Origin: Candidatus Latescibacterota bacterium
Lineage (GTDB): Bacteria > Krumholzibacteriota > Krumholzibacteriia > WVZY01
Assembly (NCBI GenBank): GCA_963791045.1
Contig: CAWBQK010000009.1
Span: 1 to 64,000 of the forward strand
Direction: 5' to 3'
Length of the DNA stretch: 64,000 nucleotides
The position numbers and the translations under genes are program-made. This document shows positions 42,429 to 51,487 of the stretch, piece after piece. The notes under the pieces are model-generated. The model saw nothing but the letters and a program-made list of their open reading frames with translations, did not search any database and was not told the DNA's origin. Within the stretch, counting starts at the first letter, position 1. Every line of letters starts with the position of its first letter.

Positions 42429-44316
42429 TGGTTCCACCTGCTTCGTTCCCTACAAGAAGTCCGTCGCCGGCGACGGCTCCGAATTCACATATCTCATAAC
42501 ACGCCCGGCATTTCACACACTTGGTCGGATCCAGGACATGCGGCACCCTCTTTTCGCCGGTAATCGCCCCGGTCGGGCACGCCCTCATGCAGCGAAGACA
42601 ACCCGTACACAATTCCGGGATAATCCGGAACTCGACGAGATCACTGCAAATCACCGCGTCACATCTCTTGTCGTTTATGTGAGCAAGGTATTCCGAACGG
42701 AAATAGCGAATCGTGGTCAGCGCCGGATTCGGCGCCGTTTGCCCGAGACCGCACAACGATGTGTTGCGGATAGTCTCCCCGAGGGATTCGAGCGTGTCGA
42801 GATCCTCTTCAACGCCTTCCCCTCGTGTGATCCTCTCGAGAATATCGACCATGTGTCGCGTGCCGATTCGGCACGGGTTGCACTTGCCGCACGACTCGGC
42901 CTGGGTAAAATTCAAAAAGTACTTGGCCACATCCACGACGCAGGTATCCTCATCCATTACGATCAGACCACCCGAACCCATTATCGATCCTGCTTGCGCC
43001 AGTGATTCATATTCCACCGGCGTGTCGAGAAACTCCTTGGGAAGACAACCGCCCGAAGGACCGCCCGTCTGAACCGCTTTGAATTCCTTGATCGAACCGC
43101 CGCCGATGTCGAAAATGATTTCCCTGAGCGTGGTCCCCATCGGCACCTCGATGAGACCCGTGCGGGCAACCTTGCCGACAAGTGAAAACGTCTTTGTGCC
43201 GCAGCTCTTTTTGGTTCCGTACTGGCTGTACCAATCGGCCCCGTTTCTCAGAATGCTCGGCAGCGAAGCGAGAGTTTCGACGTTGTTGATAACTGTCGGC
43301 TTTTTCCAGAGACCGGAAACCGCGGGGTAAGGCGGCCGCGATCTGGGCATTCCGCGCTCGCCTTCGATCGACGCGATGAGCGCCGTTTCCTCTCCGCAAA
43401 CAAACGCGCCAGCGCCTTCTTTGATAGAAATATCAAAATCAAACCCGGAGCCGAGGATGTTCTTTCCGAGAAGCCCGAACTTTCGAATCTGCCCCACCGC
43501 TTTTTTCAAACGGGCCACGGCGAGCGGGTACTCCGCCCTTATATAGATGTAACCATGCGCCGCTCCAATTGCGTACGCGGCAATCAACAAACCCTCTAGA
43601 AGCGCGTGCGGGTCCCCCTCAATGAGAGAACGGTTCATGAACGCGCCCGGATCGCCTTCATCGGCATTGCATATCATGTATTTGGTATCGCCCGGAGCAT
43701 TCCGGCAAAACTCCCATTTCTTTGCCGTCGTAAACCCGGCGCCGCCGCGGCCCCGGAGCCCCGCCGCCGACACCTCGGCGATCACCTGCTCCGGCCCATC
43801 CGCGAGCGCAGCCTTCAATCCAAGGTATCCGTCATTCGCAAGATAGTGGCCTACATTTTCCGGATCGATGATACCGCAGTTTTTGAGGACTATTCTCACC
43901 TGGGGTTTAAGCATCGGCAGGTCGAAAAACCGCGGCAAATCCCCGACGGATTCTTCGCCCTCTTTGCCGAAGTGGCCAACGGCAAAGCGCTGGAGCGGAG
44001 CGCCGTCCATGACATGCGATTTGATAATCCGCCGCGCATTCTTTGCGGTCACGTTCGAATAGCTGACCCGAGGCTCTCCGGGCATCGCGATGTCCATTAG
44101 CGGTTCGAGATAGCACGGTCCAATGCAGCCGACTTCCACGATTTTCGCTTCGAGCTTGAACTCCTCGAGCGACTCCTTGATCGTCTCCATCACCTGGAGC
44201 GCACCGGCGGCGCGTCCGCACGATGCCATCCCCAGATAGATGACGGGCACCTCGCTGGTCATCAGCGTCGCCCAATCTTCGTCTGCCTTTCTAATCGTGT
44301 TCAGAAAATCATTCAT
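42421..44316 (-). CDS. NuoF/HydB-like NAD(H)-FMN subunit with N-terminal 2Fe-2S and C-terminal 2x4Fe-4S
   Basis: LRGRGGAGF, NADEGDPGAFM, GAFVCGEETAL, NNVET, ESCGKCNPC, CTGCLRCMRACP, CVKCRACYEIC. Confidence 0.92.
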   Translation of the reverse strand: MNDFLNTIRKADEDWATLMTSEVPVIYLGMASCGRAAGALQVMETIKESLEEFKLEAKIVEVGCIGPCYLEPLMDIAMPGEPRVSYSNVTAKNARRIIKSHVMDGAPLQRFAVGHFGKEGEESVGDLPRFFDLPMLKPQVRIVLKNCGIIDPENVGHYLANDGYLGLKAALADGPEQVIAEVSAAGLRGRGGAGFTTAKKWEFCRNAPGDTKYMICNADEGDPGAFMNRSLIEGDPHALLEGLLIAAYAIGAAHGYIYIRAEYPLAVARLKKAVGQIRKFGLLGKNILGSGFDFDISIKEGAGAFVCGEETALIASIEGERGMPRSRPPYPAVSGLWKKPTVINNVETLASLPSILRNGADWYSQYGTKKSCGTKTFSLVGKVARTGLIEVPMGTTLREIIFDIGGGSIKEFKAVQTGGPSGGCLPKEFLDTPVEYESLAQAGSIMGSGGLIVMDEDTCVVDVAKYFLNFTQAESCGKCNPCRIGTRHMVDILERITRGEGVEEDLDTLESLGETIRNTSLCGLGQTAPNPALTTIRYFRSEYLAHINDKRCDAVICSDLVEFRIIPELCTGCLRCMRACPTGAITGEKRVPHVLDPTKCVKCRACYEICEFGAVAGDGLLVGNEAGGTNE

Positions 44317-44761
44317 ATTTTTCCAAAATTTCGTTGAGGTCGTTGACAGTGACACGGCTGTGAATCTCGTCCCCTATTTTTACAACGGGCGCGAGCGCGC
44401 AGCACCCAAGACATGCGGCGCGTTCGAAATCATAACGTCCGTCTTCCGTGGTTTGGCCCGGCGATACTCCAAGCTCTCGTTGGATACCTTCACTGAGAAC
44501 ATGCCCCCCGGCAACATGGCAGGCAGTGCCCAGGCAAACCTTAACCGAGTGCCTCCCTGGCTCTGTGAATCGGAACTGGGAGTAAAACGACGCGACGCCA
44601 AAAATCTTGCTTTCGGAAATCTTCAAAAAACGCGAAATACGTTTGACGGTCTCTTTCGAGATAAAACCGTCTTTCTCTTGAAAGTCCTGAAGGATCGCAA
44701 TCAGTTCACCCTGCTTTCCTTCAAATTCGGAAAATGTGCTCGTCGAATCTTTATCAATCAT
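44309..44761 (-). CDS. NuoE/HydC-like 2Fe-2S subunit
   Basis: VCLGTACH, CLGCCALAP. Confidence 0.92.
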   Translation of the reverse strand: MIDKDSTSTFSEFEGKQGELIAILQDFQEKDGFISKETVKRISRFLKISESKIFGVASFYSQFRFTEPGRHSVKVCLGTACHVAGGHVLSEGIQRELGVSPGQTTEDGRYDFERAACLGCCALAPVVKIGDEIHSRVTVNDLNEILEKYE

Positions 44762-44822
44762 GAGATGCCCTCACCATCGAAGTTTGTCACACACCTTGCC
44801 CCTGCTAAAAACATTTAACTAA

Positions 44823-45416
44823 TCAGCTCGAGGCGGTGTTGTCCTTGTCTCTGGGTTTTCTTTTGTGCAGATGATAATAACAAGTCCGCTTTACGACATC
44901 TCGCAGCAGACATTTCTCGCGGAAGTAAATCCCGCACCGGAAACACAGCTCCGGCGGCGCGGTTTCCAACTCGACGATATCGGCGGACAACCGATCGAGA
45001 AGATCCGCGGTCTGGATGAAATCCTCCGGCATAAACTGTCGAAACAGGCCGTCGAGTACCTTGTCCTGGACCTTTTCGTATCTTTCGAGCAATGAATGTG
45101 CTTCCGGCGTAAGAGACAACTCGTTCACGCGGCGGTCGGTCTTCGATTCCACGCGCAGGAGATATCCACGGCGAACGAGTCTGTCGACCGCCTTGCTCGC
45201 GGCGGCGTTGGTCACCCGGCAAAAAGCAGCCACTTCGGTTATGCTTTCAACATTGGTCGAAGCCACAAGCTTGAGAAGCCTGAGCTGGGAGATGGTGACC
45301 TCCCCACCAAGTTCCTCTCGAAGATGCTCCATCATCAACTCGTCCACCGCGGAACTGAAGATATGCATGCTCGCGAGGAAGTCGTTGATAATCCTGGTTC
45401 GCTCTTTCACAGCCAC
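44823..45416 (-). CDS. MarR-family regulator with C-terminal Cx2Cx7Cx9C motif (paralog 1)
   Basis: TISQLRLL, AASKAVDRLVRRG, DRR; CFRCGIYFREKCLLRDVVKRTC; GTG start after AAGGAG. Confidence 0.85.
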   Translation of the reverse strand: MAVKERTRIINDFLASMHIFSSAVDELMMEHLREELGGEVTISQLRLLKLVASTNVESITEVAAFCRVTNAAASKAVDRLVRRGYLLRVESKTDRRVNELSLTPEAHSLLERYEKVQDKVLDGLFRQFMPEDFIQTADLLDRLSADIVELETAPPELCFRCGIYFREKCLLRDVVKRTCYYHLHKRKPRDKDNTASS

Positions 45417-45481
45417 GTTTTGAGCTCCTTGGTTTGGAATCGCGGGCACGGACTTTCGAGGCCTGCCGCCCTCGAATTCAA

Positions 45482-45522
45482 TATATGGTGTTAATATTAT
45501 ATGGTGTTAATTTGTTTGGCAA
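45482..45522 (-). promoter_or_regulatory. Promoter of marR1-nuoEFG-nfnAB with tandem 14-bp direct repeat (candidate operator)
   Basis: Minus strand TTGCCA-17-TAATAT; TATATGGTGTTAAT at 45482-45495 and 45498-45511. Confidence 0.55.
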
Positions 45523-45770
45523 GTTTTTTTTTGCGGTGGACGGGATCAGTATTTCGAACACCCATAAAGTGTGGGGTGATTCCGTCCTGGATCCCAAGTA
45601 TTCATATATAAAATATTGTATGACAGCAATGTACGTCAATGTCCAAGCATAATCAGGGTGGGCGGCACGTCAGCAAACACCCAGACCGTCACGGACACAA
45701 CGCCACAACCTAGCCTAATCTATTCGAAACAGTTGAAGTCCCCATTACGCCTGATAAAAACCCCAGGACT

Positions 45771-45815
45771 TTGTGAATTTTTTCCCTTGACCCTACGATT
45801 AACCAGGTTTACTGT
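45771..45815 (+). promoter_or_regulatory. Promoter of marR2-hdr-mvh operon with partial Rex-like site
   Basis: TTGTGAATTTTTTCCCTT (10/14) overlapping TTGACC-17-TACTGT; ATTAAC in spacer. Confidence 0.45.
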
Positions 45816-45935
45816 TTAGTGGAGAGTTTGGCGAGGCTTACAATCTTAGCGCCTTTGAGCATCACACAACTGGGTCACCTCTCGGATGAAAGTGGAAGCA
45901 ACTTCCAACCATCGCGGCTGAAGAGGGGCAAAATT

Positions 45936-46538
45936 GTGGAATCAGTTCAAAGAACGGCTATCATAAACAACTTCCTCGCCAGCATGAGCATCTTCTCGTC
46001 GGCGACCAATGAACTCATGGCCGAGCAGCTTAAAAGCAAGCTCGGTGGCGAGTTGACCATCTCCCAGTTGAGACTCCTCAAGTTAATCGCAAAAACTGAC
46101 ATTCGAAGCATCAGCGACGTTGCCACATTCCTCGGCGTAAGCAACGCCGCGGCAAGCAAAGCGGTGGACCGCCTGGCCCGGCGCAAACTGGTTTCGAGAA
46201 TCGAATCTCCGGACGACAGACGCGCGACCCGTTTAAAACTCACTCGAAATGGCTCCCAGCTACTCGAACAATACGAGACGGCTCAGAATCATATCCTCGA
46301 AGGACTCTTCCGGCAGTTTATGCCGGAGGACTTTATTCAGTTGGCGGAACTGCTCGATCAGCTTTCCTGCGACATTGTCGAGCACGATTCCGGCCCGCGC
46401 GACGTTTGCTTTCGCTGCGGCATCTATTTCCGTGACAGATGCTCTCTCCGAAGCATTGTCGGCAACGGCTGCGGCTGCGTAAAAATCCGCGATGGGAAAA
46501 ACGTCGACGGCGCCGACACACCCAAACACAATCTGTAG
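45936..46538 (+). CDS. MarR-family regulator with C-terminal Cx2Cx7Cx9C motif (paralog 2)
   Basis: TISQLRLL, AASKAVDRLARR, DRR; CFRCGIYFRDRCSLRSIVGNGCGC. Confidence 0.85.
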   Translation: MESVQRTAIINNFLASMSIFSSATNELMAEQLKSKLGGELTISQLRLLKLIAKTDIRSISDVATFLGVSNAAASKAVDRLARRKLVSRIESPDDRRATRLKLTRNGSQLLEQYETAQNHILEGLFRQFMPEDFIQLAELLDQLSCDIVEHDSGPRDVCFRCGIYFRDRCSLRSIVGNGCGCVKIRDGKNVDGADTPKHNL

Positions 46539-46553
46539 GAGGGATGTAACAAA

Positions 46554-47135
46554 ATGAGGCCGGTGATAAAAAGTGAAACCCACCGTGACCTGGATTTCGC
46601 GCAGTGGGTCAAAGACCTTCACGGCGCTGAGCACCTCAAAGAGTGTATCCAGTGCGGTGTATGCAGCGGCAACTGTCCCCTCGGCAAATACATGGATTAT
46701 AGTCCCCGGCGGTTGATTCACATCGCGAAGGAAGGCTTCAAAGAGGAAGTCCTCGGCAGTTTCACCATCTGGCTCTGCACTAGCTGCTATGCCTGCGCGG
46801 CAGATTGCCCCAGGGAGATCAAAGTCACCGACATCATATACGCGCTAAAACGGCGCGCGATCGAAGAAAATTACTATCCCCGGAAATTTCCGATCCCGAC
46901 TCTCGCTCGTGAATTCGGCAAAATGGTTCGGAAAAACGGGCGCATCACCGAAGCCAAGCTTGTCATCAATGTATTCATGCGGACGAACGTACGACGGGCA
47001 CTCAGTATGGCGCCGCTGGGAAAGGATCTGATGCGTACCGGCCGATTCTCTCTCAAAACGGAATCAGTCAAAAACAAATCTCAGATCGAGACATTGTTGA
47101 AAGCTCTCGAAAACGATAAGGAGGGCTCGGTATGA
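46554..47135 (+). CDS. hdrC: Heterodisulfide reductase subunit C
   Basis: CIQCGVCSGNCP, IWLCTSCYACAADCPR. Confidence 0.9.
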   Translation: MRPVIKSETHRDLDFAQWVKDLHGAEHLKECIQCGVCSGNCPLGKYMDYSPRRLIHIAKEGFKEEVLGSFTIWLCTSCYACAADCPREIKVTDIIYALKRRAIEENYYPRKFPIPTLAREFGKMVRKNGRITEAKLVINVFMRTNVRRALSMAPLGKDLMRTGRFSLKTESVKNKSQIETLLKALENDKEGSV

Positions 47136-48016
47136 AAAAATATCCGTACTATCCGGGCTGCTCGGCCAAGGGCACCGGCAAAGCCTACGAAGAATCTCTC
47201 CTCGGAGTTTTCGAGGCCCTCGACATTCAACTCGACGAATTGGACGACTGGAACTGTTGCGGGGCGACCGCCTATATGTCAATCGATCAGACCCAGGCAT
47301 GTGCGCTCGCGGGGCGCAACCTCGCGCTCGCCGAGGCGCTGGGCAACGGCCAGGATCTCGTGACTCCCTGCAATGCGTGCTACCTTGTCCTGCACAAAAC
47401 CCAAACCTATCTCAACGAGCATCCGGAAATCCGCGACAAAGTTAAGAAAGCCCTCAACGCGGCGGGACTCAGTTACAAAGGAACGTCGCGAGTTCGCCAT
47501 CCGCTGGATATCCTCGTCAACGACATCGGGATCAAGGCCGTTGGGGAAAGGGTCACGCAGTCGCTGAAAGGGTTGAAAGTCGCCCCGTACTACGGGTGTC
47601 AGATTGTCAGACCCTATGCGCTCTTCGACGACCAGCACGACCCGCAAACGATGGACAAACTCATCAAGGCCACGGGCGCGGAAGTCGTTGACTATCCGTT
47701 CAAGACACGTTGTTGCGGGGCCAGTCAGACGGGGACTCTTCCGGAAACGGGATCTCATCTCGTGTACCAGATTCTCCAGGAGGCCCACTACAGGGGAGCC
47801 GATGTCGTGGCCACAATATGTCCCCTGTGCCAGTTCAACCTCGACGCCTATCAAAAAAAGGTTCGGGGCAAACATGATCTCGAACCGATGCCCGTGGTCT
47901 ACTTCACGCAGTTGCTGGGGATGGCTTTCGGACTGCCGGAAGAAAAAATCGGTTTCAGAAGAAACATCGTGCCGGCCGAGCCGGTCTTGAGAAGGAGAGT
48001 AGCTCATGGCGCCTAA
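47132..48016 (+). CDS. hdrB: Heterodisulfide reductase subunit B (two CCG domains)
   Basis: YYPGC, WNCCGA, CNAC, YYGC, CCGA, CPLCQFNLD. Confidence 0.92.
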   Translation: MKKYPYYPGCSAKGTGKAYEESLLGVFEALDIQLDELDDWNCCGATAYMSIDQTQACALAGRNLALAEALGNGQDLVTPCNACYLVLHKTQTYLNEHPEIRDKVKKALNAAGLSYKGTSRVRHPLDILVNDIGIKAVGERVTQSLKGLKVAPYYGCQIVRPYALFDDQHDPQTMDKLIKATGAEVVDYPFKTRCCGASQTGTLPETGSHLVYQILQEAHYRGADVVATICPLCQFNLDAYQKKVRGKHDLEPMPVVYFTQLLGMAFGLPEEKIGFRRNIVPAEPVLRRRVAHGA

Positions 48017-49998
48017 AACCAACGATGGCAGCAACGGGACACCCCGCATAGGGGTCTACGTCTGCCACTGCGGGACCAACATCTCCGGCCCCGTGGATGT
48101 CGAGGAAGTGGCGGAGTACGTCGCGACGTGCCCGGTGTCAAGCTGGCGAAGGATTACAAGTACATGTGTCCGGCCCCGGGCAGGAGATCATCAAACAGGA
48201 CATCAAGGAATTCGGTCTCGACCGGCTTGTCGTCGCCGCGTGCTCCCCGTCGCTGCACGAGAAGACATTCCGCAACGCGGCCGCCGAGGCGGGACTGAAC
48301 CAGTTCTTTTTCCAGATGGTTAATATCCGCGAACACGACTCATGGGTCCACGAGGACAAGGGCAAGGCGACGGCCAAGGCAAAGGACCTGATCCGTGCCG
48401 CCGTCCGCCGCGTCGCAATGGCACAAACCTCTCGAAAGCAAGACGTGTCGGAATCCACCCGGACGCGCTGATCGTGGGCGGCGGGATCGCGGGCATCCAC
48501 GCGGCGCTGACGATGGCCAACGCCGGGAAGAAGGTGTACCTGGTGGAGAGGGAGCCGACGATCGGCGGCCACATGGCCCAGTTCGACAAGACGTTCCCGA
48601 CCCTCGACTGCGCCGCCTGCATCCTCACGCCGAAGATGACCCATGTGAACCCACCCCAACATCACTCTGTGGACGATGCCGAGGTGGCGAAAGTCGACGG
48701 CTTCGTCGGCGAACTACAAGGTGCGGGTGCGAACGAAGCCCCGTTACATCATCGAGGACCTGTGCGTCGGCTGCCTCGAGTGCATCGAGGCCTGCGTGTT
48801 CAAGAACGGGGAAGATTCCCGACGAGTTCAACCTGGGGCTGAGCAAGCGCAAGCCGATCTACATCCCGTTCCCCCAGGCGGTGCCGCAGGTGGTCGGTCA
48901 TCGACCCCGAAGCCTGCATCGAGTTCAGAGCGGAAAGTGCAAGAAGACCTGCGTCGAGGCGTGCGCCGACCGCGACGCGATCGACTTCCAGCAGGAAACG
49001 AGACACGAGACGATCAAGGTCGGCACGATCATGCTCGCCACCGGGTTCAAGACCTTCGATGCCAACGGGTGCCCTACTACGGCTACGGCACGTACCCCAA
49101 CGTCTACACCGCCCTGGAGGTGGAGCGACTCGTCAACGCTGCCGGCCCCACCGGCGGCGAAATCGTGCTGCGGGACGGCCGGAACCGAAGACGCGTCGGG
49201 ATCATCCACTGCGTCGGCAGCCGCGACGAGAACACCAACCGCATTGCTCGCGGGTCTGCTGCATGTATTCGTTGAAGCTCGCCCACCTGGTCAAGGAGAA
49301 AACCGGCGCGGAGGTCTACAACTTCTACATCGACATGCGGACCCCGGGCAAGGGATTGGAGGAGTTCTACAATCGGGTCGCGGATGAAGGAGCCCATTTC
49401 ATCCGCGGCAAGGTGGCGAACGTGTACCAGGAGCCGGAAAGCGATGGGGATATGGTCCTGCAGGTAGAGGACACGCTGGCCGGAATGTATCGCAAGATTC
49501 CGGTGGACATGGTGGTCCTCGCAACCGGAATCGAGCCGCAGGAGGACGCCGAGGACGTGCGCAGGATGTTCAACATCGCCTGCTCAAACGGGGGCTTCTT
49601 CATGGAGCGCCATCCCAAACTGGCGCCGGTGAGCACGCTTCACCGACGGGATCTTCCTCGCCGGGTGCTGCCAGGGACCGAGGGACATCCCCGACACCGT
49701 GGCCCAGGCCGGCGCGGCGGCGGCGGAGGCGCTGGCGCTCATCGACCGAAGGACATCGAGCTCGAGCCCAACACGGCGCGCGTCCACGAAGACGAATGCT
49801 CGGGGTGCAAGAACTGTATCGGGGTTTGCCCGTACCAGGCGATCTCATTCGAGGATGAGAGCAAGGCCGTCATCAACGAGGTGCTCTGCAAGGGATGCGG
49901 CACCTGCGTGGCAGCGTGCCCATCCGGTTCCATCCAACAGAATCTGTTCGAAGACGACGAGATCTTCGAGGAGATCTGGGGGTGTTATTGAACTATGA
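48006..49998 (+). CDS. hdrA: Heterodisulfide reductase subunit A (about 15 frame changes; sequencing artefact or pseudogene)
   Basis: RIGVYVCHCGTNI, ACSP, NIREH, GGGIAG, DKTFPTLDCAACIL, HCVGSRD, CSRVCCMYS, CKGCGTCVAACP recovered across frames. Confidence 0.88.
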
Positions 49999-50464
49999 GT
50001 GATGCCAAGAAAACCAGACCAGGACCGTTTGAGCCAAGGATAGTCGCGTTCTTCTGTAACTGGTGTACTTACCTCGCCGCCGACCTGGCCGGCACCTCGC
50101 GGATGAAGTACGCCCCAAACGCGAGCGTGATCCGGGTGATGTGTTCGGGGCGGGTGGATCCCCAGTTCGTGCTGGATGCGTTCGCCAAGGGAGCCGACGG
50201 CGTTCTGATCGGCGGATGCCATCCGGGCGACTGCCACTACCAGGAGGGAAACTACAAGACACTGCGGCGCATGCAGTTCTTGAAGCGCATGCTCGTCGAT
50301 ATGGGGATTGAAGAGGAGCGGTTCCGGCTCGAATGGATTTCGGCAGCGGAGGCCGAACGATTGAAAAGCGTAGTTAACGAGATGGTCGCGAACGTCAAGA
50401 AACTCGGACCGCTCGAAGTCGAGGTCCCGGACGAAGACTTGTTCCAAGGAGGTGAACGCGATAA
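49995..50464 (+). CDS. mvhD: Methyl-viologen-reducing hydrogenase delta subunit (likely indel near 3' end; end approximate)
   Basis: FFCNWCTY, VMCSGRVD, GCHPGDCHY, WISAAE. Confidence 0.92.
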
Positions 50465-51469
50465 TGGAAAGCTCGAATACGGCCAAACCCAAAGTCGCGT
50501 TCTACTGGTGTGCATCTTGCGGCGGGTGCGAGGAGGCCGTCGTGGACCTTGCCGAGAAGATACTCGATGTCGTCGCGGCGGTGGACATCGTTTTCTGGCC
50601 CGTGGCAATGGATTTCAAGAACAAGATGTACGAGGCGATGGAGGACGACTCGATTCTCGCTTCGTTCATAAACGGAGCAATCCGGACCACCGAGCAGGAG
50701 GAAATGGCGGAATTGCTGCGGGAAAAGTCAAAGGTCGTCGTGGCGTTCGGCTCGTGCTCACATCTCGGTGGAATCCCCGGCCTGGCCAACCTCTGGAGCC
50801 GTGAAACCATCTTTGAGCACGTTTACGCAGAGGCCCCCGGACACCATAACCCCGATAACATTCGCCCCCAAATGAACTATGACGACAACGGACGCAACGT
50901 CACGCTCCCCGGGTTTTTCGACACGGTAAGGGCGCTCGATCAGGCAATCGAGGTAGACTACTACCTGCCCGGCTGCGCGCCGACACCCGGCATTATCGCC
51001 GGCGCGGTCGAGACGTTGTTGAGCGGCAACCTGCCGCCAAAAGGCACCGTGCTCACGCCGGATGTCGCTCTGTGCGATCAATGCTCGCGCAAGGATTCGA
51101 AACCGGAAGACCATGACCATCACCGAGTTCAAACGCCCGCACGAGATCATCATCGACCCGGACAAGTGCATTCTCGCGCAAGGAGTAATCTGTATGGGAC
51201 CGGCGACGCGGGCGGGTTGCGAAGCCCTCTGCGTCGAAGGCAACATGCCCTGCACGGGCTGTTTTGGACCAACGAGCCGGGTCAGGGATCAGGGCGCCAA
51301 GATTCTTTCCGCCATTTGTTCCAATATCGACAGCAAGGACGAGGCGGAGATCAACAGGATTCTCGACAAAATCCCCGATCCGATCGGCACGTTCTACCGG
51401 TACGGCCTTCCGCACTCGCTGTTAAAACGAAAAAGAATCGGTTCATTGGAGAAAAAGGTTGAAGTCTAA
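50464..51469 (+). CDS. mvhG: Group 3c [NiFe]-hydrogenase small subunit (frameshift ~51112)
   Basis: WCASCGGC, FGSC, PGCAP, CMGPATRAGC..C...PCTGCFG. Confidence 0.9.
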
Positions 51470-51487
51470 ACGGCAAGGTGGTTTTCC

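Noticed and set aside
39900-44761. Respiratory complex I (nuo) operon
   Set aside because: No membrane or quinone-module subunits; the NuoF-like protein has HydB-type extra domains
45482-45511. CRISPR array
   Set aside because: Only two 14-bp units with a 2-bp gap; no spacers or cas genes in the window
49995-50804. 269-aa extended MvhD or MvhD-MvhG fusion
   Set aside because: The extension is an off-frame read of mvhG; a single indel restores a TAA overlapping the mvhG ATG at 50464
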